Source: Candidatus Latescibacterota bacterium
GTDB lineage: Bacteria; Latescibacterota; UBA2968; UBA8231
NCBI GenBank assembly: GCA_965261395.1
Contig: OZ253462.1
Span: 2,656,001-2,720,000, forward strand
DNA: 64,000 nt
Reading direction: 5' to 3'
The position numbers and the translations under genes are program-made. Numbering within the stretch: the first letter of the stretch is position 1; every line of letters begins with the position of its first letter. The notes beneath the pieces are model-generated. The model did no database searches and was not told the origin of the DNA. It saw nothing but the letters and a program-made list of their open reading frames with translations. This document shows positions 20,484-31,554 of this stretch, in pieces.

Positions 20484-21734
20484 TTAGAAAAGTTTGAAAT
20501 TGTCCGCATCCATGCAGCGCGCTTGGTGCATGAGCACGGCGTTCATCAGCTCGATGGCCAGCCGCGACTCTAGGGTTGCGCCGGCGCGCACTCCCACGCA
20601 GGGATCGTGGCGACCCTTGGCGAGTTGGAACTCGATTTCTTCGAGGTCCTTGCGCACGGAATTTTGGGGTTGGGCGATGGTGGCCGTGGGCTTGAAACTC
20701 AAGCGGCATACCAGCGGCATACCCGTCGTCACGCCGCCGAGCAGGCCGCCGTGGCTGTTGCGCTGGTACCCGTCTTTGCGGATGGGGTCGTTGTGTTCGC
20801 TGCCTCGGCGCGCAGACGCAGCGCGGCCCGTGCCTATTTCGCATGCTTGCACTGCGTGCAGGCCGCCGAGGCTACCCATCAGGCGCAACTTCAGGCTTTG
20901 GTACAGCGGTTCGCCGATGAGTGGGGGCACGTTGACCGCCACTACTTCGAGTGCCGCGCCGACGGAGTCCTGCTCCTTGCGGGTCTTGGTAATCAGCTCG
21001 GCTGCTTGGTGAGCGAAATCCGCATCCACCGCGCGGAGCGGCCCACGCTCCAGCTCGCCCTCGAGCGCGGCGCACGTTGAGGGAGACAGGGGCTGCCCAT
21101 CGGCCTCGGCGACTAGTTCGGCGACTCGTGCCGCTAGGGAGATGCCTGTCTCCAGCGGCCCGACTTGGCAGATCGAAGAGAAAATGGCCGTGCCGAAGTG
21201 TTCGGCCAGATAGAGGCGGGCAATGGTGCCACCGATGACATCGGAGATGGTCGAGCGATAGCTAGAACGCCCGCCGCCACGCACATCGACAAAGCCCCGC
21301 GATTTGTAGTGTTTGACTAGGTCCGTATGTCCGGGCCGGACGTGGCCCTGCGGCCCGGCGAACTGCTTGTAATCGCCCGAGCGCTTGGCGGCCGAGAGCA
21401 CGGCTGCGGCGATCGGCTCACCCGTAGTGAACCCAGCTTCATAGGTGCCCACTGGCGTCTCGTCCTCGCCTAGATGAAAATGCAGCGCTGGACCGGATAG
21501 GAGCTGGTCGTGATCTTCTGAGTAGAGGCCGGACAGCAGAGCGACTTGGTCATCTTCCCGCCGGGGGGTGCCCAGCTTGTTGCCGCCGGGGCGGCGGCGG
21601 TCGAGATAGTGCTGGATCTGGGCGCGCTCCACCCATAGACCGGGGGGACAGCCGAAGACCGTGGTGACAATTGCCGGCCCGTGCGATTCTCCTGCTCCGG
21701 CAACGCCAAAAAGCGGTCCGCCGAGTACTTCCAT
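20484..21734 (-). CDS. aroC: Chorismate synthase
   Basis: GESHG, RRRPG, RPGHTD, GGGRSSYR, GGVTTG, FKPTAT, GRHDPC. Confidence 0.92.
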   Translation of the reverse strand: MEVLGGPLFGVAGAGESHGPAIVTTVFGCPPGLWVERAQIQHYLDRRRPGGNKLGTPRREDDQVALLSGLYSEDHDQLLSGPALHFHLGEDETPVGTYEAGFTTGEPIAAAVLSAAKRSGDYKQFAGPQGHVRPGHTDLVKHYKSRGFVDVRGGGRSSYRSTISDVIGGTIARLYLAEHFGTAIFSSICQVGPLETGISLAARVAELVAEADGQPLSPSTCAALEGELERGPLRAVDADFAHQAAELITKTRKEQDSVGAALEVVAVNVPPLIGEPLYQSLKLRLMGSLGGLHAVQACEIGTGRAASARRGSEHNDPIRKDGYQRNSHGGLLGGVTTGMPLVCRLSFKPTATIAQPQNSVRKDLEEIEFQLAKGRHDPCVGVRAGATLESRLAIELMNAVLMHQARCMDADNFKLF

Positions 21735-21878
21735 GCCAAAGGCTCCTTTACCAAAGAGTGTAAAAATCTACTGCTTTGCCCCTTGGTCGGCAATCGGTGC
21801 GCTGCAGGTTGTGGGCTAGACGTAAGAGGCGAAAAAGCGATTTTTTTCTTATTTTTCAGCAACGCAGAGAGGAGATCA

Positions 21879-23342
21879 ATGGCAACTAACGAGTTGGAGC
21901 GCGGCGTTCCGAACAGCCGATATAAGAAGCTCGAAGCCGAACTGCGCACGGAACTGATCGCTGCTCAAGAGCAGTTGCGGCAAGCTCGCTTTCCAACTCT
22001 CATCGTCTTGGGTGGTTTCGCTGGCGCTGGTACGAGCGAGGCGAGCAATGCGCTCAGGCAGTGGATGGACTCGCACGGCATCGCGGTCTGTGCCTTTGAG
22101 CCGCCGTCCGCAGAGGAGCGCGAGCGCCCGGAGTACTGGCGCTATTGGCTCTCCCTGCCGCCGAAAGGAACAATCGGCATCTACTTGAACGGCTGGTACG
22201 ACCGCCCGCTGCGCGACCTAGCTCATGGTCGCAGCGATGAGGCGGCCTTTGACCGCGACAGCGACCACATCGAGGCCTTTGAAAACGCGCTCGTCGTCGA
22301 TGGTGCGCTGCTGATCAAGTTGTGGATTCACTTGGACAAAGAGGCGCGGCAGCAACGCATTGCAGACTCGGAGCAGAACCCGCTGACCCGCTGGCGGGTG
22401 AACGCGGATGCAAGAGAGGGCTTGAAGTACTACGACGAGTTCAAACGAGCTGCCGACCGCTTGCTGCAAAAGACCAACATCCGCGACGCTCATTGGCAGG
22501 TTGTCGAAGGCAGCGACCCTCACTCCATGTTGGTGGTGGGCCGCGCTGTGCGCGACGCCATCAGCCAGCGCCTAGCCCAAAAGAGCCGCCCCAAGCTCGT
22601 TAGCGCGGACTGGCCGCCCGCACCCAATGTGCTGACCCAGTTGGACATGGAAAAGCGGGTGCCCAAGAAGGAGTACCAGCCCCTGCTAGAGCGCTACCAA
22701 GGACGGCTCTATCGCTTGGCTCAGCAGGCTCGCCGCAAAGGCGTCTCTACCGTCTTGGTTTTTGAAGGGGCCGATGCAGCGGGGAAGGGCGGGGTCATCC
22801 AGCGCCTGACGGACGCCCTCGACGCCAGTATCTATCAGATCATTCAAGTCACCGCTCCCACGGACGAAGAACACGCCCAACACTACCTCTGGCGCTTTTG
22901 GCGTCACCTGCCGCGCGCAGGTCGGGTGGTGATTTTCGACCGCAGTTGGTATGGCCGGGTGTTAGTCGAGCGCGTCGAGGGCTTTGCCGACGAAGCGGCT
23001 TGGCAGCGGGCGTACGGCGAAATCAACGATTTTGAGAAGCAGCTAATAGACCACGGCATGGTAGTGGCCAAATACTGGATTCACATAGACAAGGATGAGC
23101 AGCTCCGGCGCTTCAAATCGCGGCAGGCGACCCCACACAAGCGCTGGAAGATCACCGACGAAGACTGGCGCAATCGAGAGAAATGGGACGAGTACGAGGC
23201 CGCTGTCGACGACATGGTAGCTCGCACCCACACCCCCGCCGCTCCTTGGACCTTGGTGGAGGGCAACGACAAACGCTTCGCCCGCCTCAAGGTCATCGAG
23301 ACGCTTTGCCAGCAGCTAGAGCAGGCGCTCGCTAGCGGTTAG
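21879..23342 (+). CDS. pap: Polyphosphate:AMP phosphotransferase (two-domain PPK2)
   Basis: Two PPK2 domains; the second has FEGADAAGKGG, FDRSWYGRVLVERVEG and WKITDEDWRNR. Start set at the ATG after GAGGAG. Confidence 0.88.
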   Translation: MATNELERGVPNSRYKKLEAELRTELIAAQEQLRQARFPTLIVLGGFAGAGTSEASNALRQWMDSHGIAVCAFEPPSAEERERPEYWRYWLSLPPKGTIGIYLNGWYDRPLRDLAHGRSDEAAFDRDSDHIEAFENALVVDGALLIKLWIHLDKEARQQRIADSEQNPLTRWRVNADAREGLKYYDEFKRAADRLLQKTNIRDAHWQVVEGSDPHSMLVVGRAVRDAISQRLAQKSRPKLVSADWPPAPNVLTQLDMEKRVPKKEYQPLLERYQGRLYRLAQQARRKGVSTVLVFEGADAAGKGGVIQRLTDALDASIYQIIQVTAPTDEEHAQHYLWRFWRHLPRAGRVVIFDRSWYGRVLVERVEGFADEAAWQRAYGEINDFEKQLIDHGMVVAKYWIHIDKDEQLRRFKSRQATPHKRWKITDEDWRNREKWDEYEAAVDDMVARTHTPAAPWTLVEGNDKRFARLKVIETLCQQLEQALASG

Positions 23343-23343
23343 T

Positions 23344-25698
23344 TTACTTCTCCTGCATCCGCACCGGCGACGCCGCTAGCCCATCGGTCTTTATCACCTC
23401 GCCGCTTTTATCAACCTGACCAAATTCCAGCACGCCCGTCGGACACGACTGCACACACGCGCTACAGCGCACGCATTCCGGGTCGGCCATGGGCAGCCCC
23501 TTGTTGGCGAAGTTCATAACGTCGATGCCTTGGTGGCACACCGAGGTGCAGACATTACAGGAGATGCACTTTTTCTTGTCGGCGAGGATGCGGAAGCGGC
23601 TGAAGCGCGCGTAGATGTGCATCAGGGCCGCCAGCGGGCAGGCGAAGCGGCACCACACCCGGCCGCTGAACCAGAAATAGGCACCGTAGCCCACTACGCC
23701 CGCCAGCATCAGGTCAATGGCCCATTTGTAGTTGATCTGGATGCCTAAGACCTGCCAGCCGTAGAGCATGCCCTCGTACAGCCCGCGCACCCATTGACCC
23801 AAGCTCGTGTCCGGCCACACCCAGCTCGCGATCCTCCCTAGGAGCATCACCACGCACAGGAAGAGGATCACTTGGCCGATGATGTTCATCTTGTTCCAGA
23901 AGGCCCCGTGCGGCATCTTGTGCCGCTGCGTGTCGCCCAAGGTCTCGGCGAGTGCACCGCAGGAACAGATCCAGCCGCAATAGGCTCCCTTGCCCCAGAA
24001 GTAGATGAGCAGCGGGATCGCCACAAACGTCTGTACCGCGCCGATGACTAGCCACCACCACAGCGGCTCGCCGCTGAAGACGTTCCACACAAAGAGCGGC
24101 CAAGCCAGCACCAGCCCAAAAGCTCGCCAGTACTCGCGCCCGTGGTCGTAATTGACCACCGGGAAGAGTCCGTCGGCCACCGTCTTGGCCCAACCCGAAT
24201 CGAAAAACCCGTTGTGCCCCAAATAGGGGAGGACGATGTACGGCAGGAGAAAGAGCGGGACAATCTGCACCGCCCCTAGCGAAAAGGTCTGCCACTTGAC
24301 GTAAGGGGTGCGCCGCTGCGCGATGCGCCGATAGCCGAAGACGACGATCAAGAGCGTATAGAGTACGCTGTACCAGAAACCGGGCTTGCCGAGGTTGAAG
24401 GTCAGAATGCCCAAGAGCGTTGACAGGTCCGCCGCCTGAGCCGAGAGGCCGTGCATCCATTCGGGCAAGTTGAAGGGGAAGAGTTGTCCGTCCTTGAAGA
24501 CCTTGGTCAGCGCGCCGCCGGCCTTCCAGTTATAGACGAAAAAGCAAAAGGCCATGAAGAGTCCAAAGCCCCACCACTGCTTGCTCTTCATTTCGCCGCT
24601 TATTTCGACGCCTGAACGGCGAAAAAAATCGAGCGGTGCCTCGCGGCCGATCATCGCGAACACCGCGTCGTTGGGCAGGCTCTGTTCCTCGCCCTCGGCG
24701 TCTTTGAGCGCGACCTCGTCTTCCGCGATGCTCAGCACTTGGCTGGCCATCAGTAGGCGGATCGAGCCGGCTTTGCGGCCCTCCTCCATGAAGTGGCCGC
24801 TGCTGGTTGTCACCCGCTCCGAGGATGGCGTATCCACGGCCACATCGGCCATCGGATCGGCTGCCAACTTTTCTAACTTCTCGACGTTGTCTGGCTTGGG
24901 CCGCGAGAATTCGGGCTTGCGATACGAGATGGTCACTCGCCCGCCGCACTGGGCAATGGCGATGGCTGTCTCCAAGGCGCTGTCGCCGCCGCCGACCACC
25001 AACACGTCCTTGTCGCAGAAGTCAACCGGATCGTGCAGGCGGTTGAACACTTTGTCCGTATCCTCGCCCGGCACCCCCAGCTTGCGAAAGTTACCCGAGC
25101 GCCCGATGCCGACGATCACGCGGCGGGCCTTGATATTCTCTTGGCCCGGGATCTCCAATTCAAAGAGGTCTCCCTGCCTTTTTACCTGCTCGACGCGTGC
25201 CCTAGTCGGCTCAATGCCTTGGGTGAGCGTTTGTTCATTCAGCTCCTCGATCAGCGGTTCCTTAACCTCGGCGGTAAAGCGGATCTGCCCGGCTGGCTCC
25301 ATCTCGGTGGGATAGGTGTAAATGGGCTTTCCTTTGGGAAAATTGACCAGCGTAGAAAACGGCTCGGTCGCCTCCAAAAGCACAAACGACAACCCGGCCT
25401 CCCGCGCCTCCAAGGCCGCGGACATGCCGGAAACGCCCGCGCCGACAATCGCCAAGTCCAAGACATCCTCCCGCCCCTTGCTGCGCTGGAATGCCTCGTC
25501 GGCCGCGATGTGCTGCACGGCCCGCGCGCCCGTATCGGCCGAGAACTTCAACAGCGGGATCCCGGTCAAGTCGCCGACGATGTACAGCCCGGGGACATTG
25601 CTCTGCCCGTGCTCATCCACCCGCGGCAACTTCTCCACCACGCCGGCCGGCCACCGCAGGTGTAACCAGTGCAGATAGCGACTGAGAAAATTGCTCAT
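23344..25698 (-). CDS. FAD/NAD(P)H oxidoreductase (TrxR/YpdA-like) fused to a NapH/MauN-type membrane 4Fe-4S protein
   Basis: GAGVSG and GGGDSA dinucleotide folds; several TM helices; CGWICSCG, CRFACP, CISCNVCTSVC and CVRCSACVQSCP. Confidence 0.8.
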   Translation of the reverse strand: MSNFLSRYLHWLHLRWPAGVVEKLPRVDEHGQSNVPGLYIVGDLTGIPLLKFSADTGARAVQHIAADEAFQRSKGREDVLDLAIVGAGVSGMSAALEAREAGLSFVLLEATEPFSTLVNFPKGKPIYTYPTEMEPAGQIRFTAEVKEPLIEELNEQTLTQGIEPTRARVEQVKRQGDLFELEIPGQENIKARRVIVGIGRSGNFRKLGVPGEDTDKVFNRLHDPVDFCDKDVLVVGGGDSALETAIAIAQCGGRVTISYRKPEFSRPKPDNVEKLEKLAADPMADVAVDTPSSERVTTSSGHFMEEGRKAGSIRLLMASQVLSIAEDEVALKDAEGEEQSLPNDAVFAMIGREAPLDFFRRSGVEISGEMKSKQWWGFGLFMAFCFFVYNWKAGGALTKVFKDGQLFPFNLPEWMHGLSAQAADLSTLLGILTFNLGKPGFWYSVLYTLLIVVFGYRRIAQRRTPYVKWQTFSLGAVQIVPLFLLPYIVLPYLGHNGFFDSGWAKTVADGLFPVVNYDHGREYWRAFGLVLAWPLFVWNVFSGEPLWWWLVIGAVQTFVAIPLLIYFWGKGAYCGWICSCGALAETLGDTQRHKMPHGAFWNKMNIIGQVILFLCVVMLLGRIASWVWPDTSLGQWVRGLYEGMLYGWQVLGIQINYKWAIDLMLAGVVGYGAYFWFSGRVWCRFACPLAALMHIYARFSRFRILADKKKCISCNVCTSVCHQGIDVMNFANKGLPMADPECVRCSACVQSCPTGVLEFGQVDKSGEVIKTDGLAASPVRMQEK

Positions 25699-25730
25699 GT
25701 CATCTCTCCCTAAGTTTGGTTGTGCTCTGG

Positions 25731-27176
25731 TCAGCGCACCAAGACCATACCCCGAGTTTGGACAAAACCGGCCGCTGGTGCTTCCAACCGGTATAAGTAC
25801 GCGCCACTGGCCACTTGCTGCCCGGCGTCGTCGCGCCCGTCCCAGGGCTGCAAGTATAGCCCGGCCGCTTGGTGCTCGTCCACCAGCAAGCGCACCCGCT
25901 GCCCAGCCGCGTTGAACACGCCGAGCCGCACCAGCCCGGCCGCTGGCAACTCGTACTGGATCAGCGTCTGAGCGTTGAACGGGTTGGGAAAATTTTGCCG
26001 CAGGGCAAAGTCCGCAGGCACGGCGTCAAAGGCTTCGACGGCCGTTGCGGCTTGCTCGATGTCCTCTGGGCTGAGAATTCCCTCGCCCGGCTGCCAGACC
26101 TCAGTATCGGGCCAATAGGCGGTCCAGGCAAACCACATGGCGTTATAGGCGGGAACTTGCGCTAACCGCTGCCCCGCGAGCGGCCCCGCGACAGCTTCTC
26201 CGAGCATGTTCCAGCGCGAACCCGTTTCCGCATCCATGAATTCCACCGGCAGCGGCCCCTCGGACTCTACTCCGTAAAAGCTCAATGGTGTGCCGTCGAG
26301 CTGGCTGAAATAGGCCAAGGCCGTGCGCGACGCGGCGTCGAATAGGATGACTACGGGATCGTCGCCGACGAGATCGTTGATCACCTCCCCGTCGGGCATC
26401 AGCGCGAAGGGGTAGGCTTTGGTCTGGTCGCCACGGCACAAGCCCAACACTAGATCCTTGGTTTCAAAGCGGTGGTCGAATGCGCCGCTGTTGGTCGTGG
26501 GTGAGAAAATCAGGTACTCATGGCTGGTGCGATAATCGCCGTAGGGATAGAAGGTATATTGATCTTCATTGTAAGCTGGTCGCGAGTTATAACGCGCCCA
26601 GCCCGTGGTGGCTTGTACCACGGTGGTGCTTGGGTACATCCGCTGCCACAGCGCCCAAGTCGTCTCCACCACGGGCATTAGCTCTAGGCGATCGCCGGCC
26701 CGATCGCCGTTGATGGCCGTGTAAATCATCTGCGGGTAGAGCGTTTCGCCGTCGCGCCGATCGTACATGACCAAGTTGCTGTTGATCAGCAGACCGGAGA
26801 CCCCGAACTCGATTTGCGAGCCGTCGCCATCCGTGGCGTTGAAGACTTGGCCGGTACCGGTAAGCGGGCACAAAGACACTACGACCGACTGATCGCCGAT
26901 GCGGTCGTTGATGATCTCGTTCCACCAGCCAATGTTGTGCGGATAGGCCCGTGGTTCGCCGTTGATGACGATCCCCATGACCACGTCGTCTTCCGCTAGG
27001 TAGCCAATTTCGTCCGGTGCCACGAAAGTGGGATTGGTCAGGGCCGGAATGCCGTCTTTGGGCACCCCACCAGAGACGAGGTGGCTAGTGAGAAAGCCCG
27101 GCTCGTCGTAGCGGCCAGCCTCAGCCGGATAGATCGCCACCAGCAGCAGCAAAGCAGACAGATAGCCATGTCGCAT
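25731..27176 (-). CDS. Secreted DUF3179 protein with FlgD-Ig/T9SS-type C-terminal domain
   Basis: Signal peptide; GGVPKDGIPAL, RAYP, CPLT, FGVSGLL-NSNLVMYDR, WFAW; C-terminal QNFPNPFN...WDGRDDAG..VASGAYLYRL. Confidence 0.85.
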   Translation of the reverse strand: MRHGYLSALLLLVAIYPAEAGRYDEPGFLTSHLVSGGVPKDGIPALTNPTFVAPDEIGYLAEDDVVMGIVINGEPRAYPHNIGWWNEIINDRIGDQSVVVSLCPLTGTGQVFNATDGDGSQIEFGVSGLLINSNLVMYDRRDGETLYPQMIYTAINGDRAGDRLELMPVVETTWALWQRMYPSTTVVQATTGWARYNSRPAYNEDQYTFYPYGDYRTSHEYLIFSPTTNSGAFDHRFETKDLVLGLCRGDQTKAYPFALMPDGEVINDLVGDDPVVILFDAASRTALAYFSQLDGTPLSFYGVESEGPLPVEFMDAETGSRWNMLGEAVAGPLAGQRLAQVPAYNAMWFAWTAYWPDTEVWQPGEGILSPEDIEQAATAVEAFDAVPADFALRQNFPNPFNAQTLIQYELPAAGLVRLGVFNAAGQRVRLLVDEHQAAGLYLQPWDGRDDAGQQVASGAYLYRLEAPAAGFVQTRGMVLVR

Positions 27177-27199
27177 CAGATGCTCCTTTCGCTCAGCTT

Positions 27200-29227
27200 C
27201 TACGAGCCAGCGCGTTGGCGTTCGCGCGGTTTTCTTCCATACCGCTCCCGCAAGACCCGTCGCATCACCTTGTTCGACGCGGTCCGCGGCAGCAATTCCA
27301 CTACTACCACTTCGTGAATCTTGAAGAGCGGGTTGAGTTCCCGGCGGATCACCTGCTGCATCGCTTCTTGCAAGCGGTCGCCGGCATCCTCTAGCACAGC
27401 GAAGACCACCAGCAGGCTCGGCCCGCCGCCCGGCGGCGACGCTGCAATCGCCGCGGTCTCGACCACGCCCGGCATCGCATTCAAGACGCGTTCGATCTCC
27501 GCTGAACTTACCTTAATTCCGCCTAGGTTCATCGCGTCGTCAGCGCGGCCGTGGACCCGATAGATGCCCGGAGCCAGCCGCTCGACTTGGTCGCCGTGGC
27601 GGCGCAGTGGCGTCCCGTCCCGCTTGGGCACGCCCGCATAATACACTTCGCGGTGGTCGCGGTTGAGCACCCGAGTTGACATTCCAATGGCGGGCGGCAC
27701 CAGAAAAACCTCGCCGCTTGTGCACTCCTGCCCGTCTTCGTCTAAAATTGCCAAGTCCGTCCCCAGCGTCGCCGAATTAAAGGTTGCGGGTACGACCGGT
27801 TCGACTAGCGTGCTGAGCAAGTAGCCGCCTGCCAATTCGGTGCCGCCACAGTATTCGAGTATCGGTCGATACCCCGCCAGCGCCATCAGATAGTGCATGT
27901 CCTCGGGATTGGAGCACTCCCCGGTGGTACTGAAAGCTCGAATCGCCGAAAAGTCGATTCCCTCCATGCAGCCCGTGCTGCGCCAAGTCCGCACCATGCT
28001 CGGAATGACGCCGAGCATGGTAATACCAGCCGCCTGCACAAACTCCCCAAAGTCTCGCTCCGTCGCCTTCCCATAGTAGAGCGCCATGGTCGCCCGGTTC
28101 AAAAAGGCGGCGTAAATAAGCCACGGCCCCATCATCCAGCCCAAATTGGTCGGCCAAGCCACCACATCGCCCGGGTGGACATCCTGGTGATAATGCGCAT
28201 CTGCGCCGCACTTGATCGGATTGACATGGGTCCAGGGCAGGGCCTTGGGGTCGCCGGTAGTCCCCGATGAAAACAGGACATTAGTTGTCTCTTCGGGGTT
28301 GCAGGCCACGGCCGCAAGTGCAGCGTCGGCCTGCAAGAATTCGTCCCAGCTCAGATCCCCCGGGCGCAGCGTCTCCGTCAACCCCTCCACACGTCCCGGC
28401 AATACAATCGCCAACGGAGCCTCTGCGGCGACCAAGCGCGAGTACAGCGGCAACTCGCGCCCACCACGCAAAATCACGTCTTGGGTAAAAACGGCCTTGG
28501 CCTCGCCAATCCGCAGCCGGGCGGCGATCTGGGGGGCGGCGAAGCTATCGGCGATGGCCACCACCGCGCAACCGGCCTTGATGATCCCTAGATAGATCGC
28601 CACCGACTCGGCCGTCATCGGCATGGCCACGGCAATCTGGTCGCCGGGACCAAATCCCAACGCACACAACCCGCCGGCAACCCGGTCGCACAGGGCTTCT
28701 AAAGCGCCAAAACTCATCCGCTCAAGTCGGCCTCCCTCGCGCTGGAAGACAATGGCCGTCTGATCGGCAGGGGACTGAAAGCAACTCTCGGCGATGTTCA
28801 TCTCGGCCCCGACAAACCACTTGGGTGCTTCGATTCCTTGGGAGAGATCGAGCAGCCGCGTGTATGGCTTGCGGAAGCGGATTCCCAAGCGAGCGACCGT
28901 CCGCTCCCAAAACGCCTCTCGTTCTGCAATCGACCACGCAAAAAGCGCGGTGTGCGAATCCAGACCGAGTTCGCGCCGCAGCGCCGTTATATGCGCGTGC
29001 TCAATGTCTGCTAACTCGGGAAAAAACACCGGGCCACCCGCGTTGCCGTAAATTTCCCGATAGAGCAATTGGTGCAGTGCGAAGGGATGATCCGGCCTCA
29101 GAATGCAGCGGGCCGCCTCCCGCCAGCGCGCTTCCGGCGTGCCAGAGAGGGCTTCGACTTGGGCGAGGAGCTTGGCAGCCTCTGGCTCGCCTACCTCGCA
29201 GCCGATAATGTCTGCGCGTTGGATCAT
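27200..29227 (-). CDS. AMP-dependent acyl-CoA synthetase (acetate-CoA ligase-like)
   Basis: [21 protein letters not shown] and LPRTASNK motifs. Start at 29227 overlaps the upstream stop (ATGA). Confidence 0.88.
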   Translation of the reverse strand: MIQRADIIGCEVGEPEAAKLLAQVEALSGTPEARWREAARCILRPDHPFALHQLLYREIYGNAGGPVFFPELADIEHAHITALRRELGLDSHTALFAWSIAEREAFWERTVARLGIRFRKPYTRLLDLSQGIEAPKWFVGAEMNIAESCFQSPADQTAIVFQREGGRLERMSFGALEALCDRVAGGLCALGFGPGDQIAVAMPMTAESVAIYLGIIKAGCAVVAIADSFAAPQIAARLRIGEAKAVFTQDVILRGGRELPLYSRLVAAEAPLAIVLPGRVEGLTETLRPGDLSWDEFLQADAALAAVACNPEETTNVLFSSGTTGDPKALPWTHVNPIKCGADAHYHQDVHPGDVVAWPTNLGWMMGPWLIYAAFLNRATMALYYGKATERDFGEFVQAAGITMLGVIPSMVRTWRSTGCMEGIDFSAIRAFSTTGECSNPEDMHYLMALAGYRPILEYCGGTELAGGYLLSTLVEPVVPATFNSATLGTDLAILDEDGQECTSGEVFLVPPAIGMSTRVLNRDHREVYYAGVPKRDGTPLRRHGDQVERLAPGIYRVHGRADDAMNLGGIKVSSAEIERVLNAMPGVVETAAIAASPPGGGPSLLVVFAVLEDAGDRLQEAMQQVIRRELNPLFKIHEVVVVELLPRTASNKVMRRVLRERYGRKPRERQRAGS

Positions 29228-31545
29228 GGTGCTACGATCACTCGCACGCTCCAGCTCAATTCCGTCGGCGGAAGGCAACGGGTCTCGTCACAGGCCTGAT
29301 ACTGGACCAAGAACCGCACATCACCTACCGTCCCCGCCGCACTTTTAGGCAGCGACAAATCCGCCCACAGCGCGACCTGATCCTCGTACACTGAGAGCGT
29401 CTCTGCTAGGGCCGGGAAGGCCTGTGATCGGCCGGTGGGATAGCGCACGCGGGCAAAGTCCAGCGGCCAGTCCGCATTGAGCGTCAGCGAGGTGGGAATG
29501 AGCAAGTCGCCCGAGGCCGGGTTGGCGTTGATGTGCCAGCCCGGGCGGATGTCCAGATGCACGGCCACGGCAAAAGCCTCGCCCGCCACAGGCTGTTGCG
29601 CGGGCAGTTCGACCCGCATGGAGACCAGCGAATCCGCTTGGGCGTTCTCTAATGCGGTTGCGAACAGCGACGCTTGCAGATGGCGCTCGACCGCAGCCGC
29701 CAAATGCACTGAGGCCGAGGGCTGCGCCCACATGGCCCCGCCAAAAGCGGATAGGATTTGCGCCGCCCGGCTGAGATAGTGCGCTTGGCCCGTCAGCTCG
29801 GCCAAGTCCAGCAGCGCGTGGGCGGCCACCGCGTTGCCCGAAGGCAGGGCCGAGTCTTGGGCGAATTTGCTCCGCACGATGAGCGCGTTTTCGGCTTCAG
29901 TAAAGAAAAATCCCCCGACCTCTACGTCCCAAAACCGCGCCACCATCTCGGCGCTCAGCTCGCGCGCGGCCTGCAACCACCGCGCTTCGCCGGTCGCCCG
30001 GTACAATGCCGTCAACCCGCGCGCCAAAAACGCATAGTCGTTTAGGTACGCCGCCTGCTGCGAAACCCCCAGCCGATGGACCCTCCACAACCCCCCTTCC
30101 TCGCGCCGCAGGTGCTTCAAAGAGAAATCGGCCGCTCGCTCGGCCGTCCGGCGATATGCGGGATTGCCCAAGACTGCGAAACCCCGCGCGTACGCCTCGA
30201 TCATCATCCCGTTCCAAGCGGTTAGTACCTTGTCGTCGAGGAGGGGATAGGGCCGCTCGGCTCGCGCCGCCAAGACGCGCTGCCGCACGGGTGCCATTTG
30301 CGTTCGCAACTCGGCATCGGCAAACGATGTCTCCACATAGAGGACGCTCCCCTCACCCTCCGGCATGGGGGCCAACCCATAGACGCCCCAAAACAATTCC
30401 GCCTCGCGCCCCAACACGTTCTCCAAGTCCCCCGCAGTCCACAGGTAGTACTTGCCCTCTTCGGCTTCGGTCTCAGCGTCCAAGGCCGAGTAAAAAGCCC
30501 CCTCCGGCCCGGTCATCTCCCGCGCAACAAAGCGAAAAATATCCTCTGCCACCCACCGCCAGCGGTCGTCTCCCGTCAGTTCGTACGCACGCAAGTATAG
30601 CTGCGACAAATGAGCTTGGTTGTAGAGCATCTTCTCGAAGTGCGGCACTTGCCACTCGGCATCCGTGGCGTAGCGGTGAAAGCCACCGCCGATTTGGTCG
30701 TAGATGCCGCCGGCTGCCATTTGCTCCAGCGAGTGCAAAACGATGCGCTGTACTTGGGGATCGGCAAAGCGCTCGGCCGTGGCCATCAGCATCTCCAAGC
30801 GCAGGCTCGGGGGAAATTTGGGTGCCCCCCCGAAGCCGCCGTTAATCGCGTCGTAGCGCCCCTGAATAGCGGCTAGCACCCGCGCTACTAGCAAAGAATC
30901 TGGAGGCACGGCTGCCATCTGCTGCCCGGATTCCAAGTCGCGGATGGCCGCGGTCAAGCGGGCCGCAATTTGCAGCACCTGCTCGCGCTGGTCTTGCCAG
31001 CGCTGGCGCATGAAGTCCAAGACTTGGGGAAAGGAAGGCCGCCCAGGCAAAGGCTCGGGCGGAAAGTACGTGCCGGCGAAAAATGGCTCTTGGCTTGGCG
31101 TCAGAAAAACCGAATTGGGCCAGCCGCCGTGCCGAATCGTTAGCTGGGTCGCCAGCATGTAAATGCGGTCGATGTCGGGCCGCTCCTCCCGATCGACCTT
31201 GATGTTGATAAAACTGGCATTCATCTGCGCCGCGATTTCGGGGTCGGAGAAGACCAGCCGCTCCATTACGTGGCACCAATAGCAGGTCGAGTAGCCGACC
31301 GACAGAAAGATCGGCTTGTCCTCGGCCTTGGCCCGCGCTAGTGCCTCCTCTCCCCAGGGGTACCACTCGACCGGATTGTGCGCGTGCAGCAATAAATACG
31401 GACTCGTCTCCCCCACCAGATGATTGCTGTACTTCCACGATCCATCCGCGTTTTTCAGCGCATCCCCTCCGGCAACTCCCGCGCCAAGGGCCACTGCAAA
31501 GACGCCGAGCCAAAAGCACCGGGATATGGACAAAAGACGCGCCAA
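29224..31545 (-). CDS. DUF255/YyaL thioredoxin-domain protein with (alpha/alpha)6 barrel and C-terminal DsbD-N-like domain
   Basis: Signal peptide; [45 protein letters not shown]; C-terminal GWHINAN...[12 protein letters not shown]. Confidence 0.88.
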   Translation of the reverse strand: MARLLSISRCFWLGVFAVALGAGVAGGDALKNADGSWKYSNHLVGETSPYLLLHAHNPVEWYPWGEEALARAKAEDKPIFLSVGYSTCYWCHVMERLVFSDPEIAAQMNASFINIKVDREERPDIDRIYMLATQLTIRHGGWPNSVFLTPSQEPFFAGTYFPPEPLPGRPSFPQVLDFMRQRWQDQREQVLQIAARLTAAIRDLESGQQMAAVPPDSLLVARVLAAIQGRYDAINGGFGGAPKFPPSLRLEMLMATAERFADPQVQRIVLHSLEQMAAGGIYDQIGGGFHRYATDAEWQVPHFEKMLYNQAHLSQLYLRAYELTGDDRWRWVAEDIFRFVAREMTGPEGAFYSALDAETEAEEGKYYLWTAGDLENVLGREAELFWGVYGLAPMPEGEGSVLYVETSFADAELRTQMAPVRQRVLAARAERPYPLLDDKVLTAWNGMMIEAYARGFAVLGNPAYRRTAERAADFSLKHLRREEGGLWRVHRLGVSQQAAYLNDYAFLARGLTALYRATGEARWLQAARELSAEMVARFWDVEVGGFFFTEAENALIVRSKFAQDSALPSGNAVAAHALLDLAELTGQAHYLSRAAQILSAFGGAMWAQPSASVHLAAAVERHLQASLFATALENAQADSLVSMRVELPAQQPVAGEAFAVAVHLDIRPGWHINANPASGDLLIPTSLTLNADWPLDFARVRYPTGRSQAFPALAETLSVYEDQVALWADLSLPKSAAGTVGDVRFLVQYQACDETRCLPPTELSWSVRVIVAP

Positions 31546-31554
31546 GTAACCCCC

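Noticed and set aside
25731-27176. Selenocysteine in DUF3179
   Set aside because: The motif is CPLT and the frame has no internal TGA
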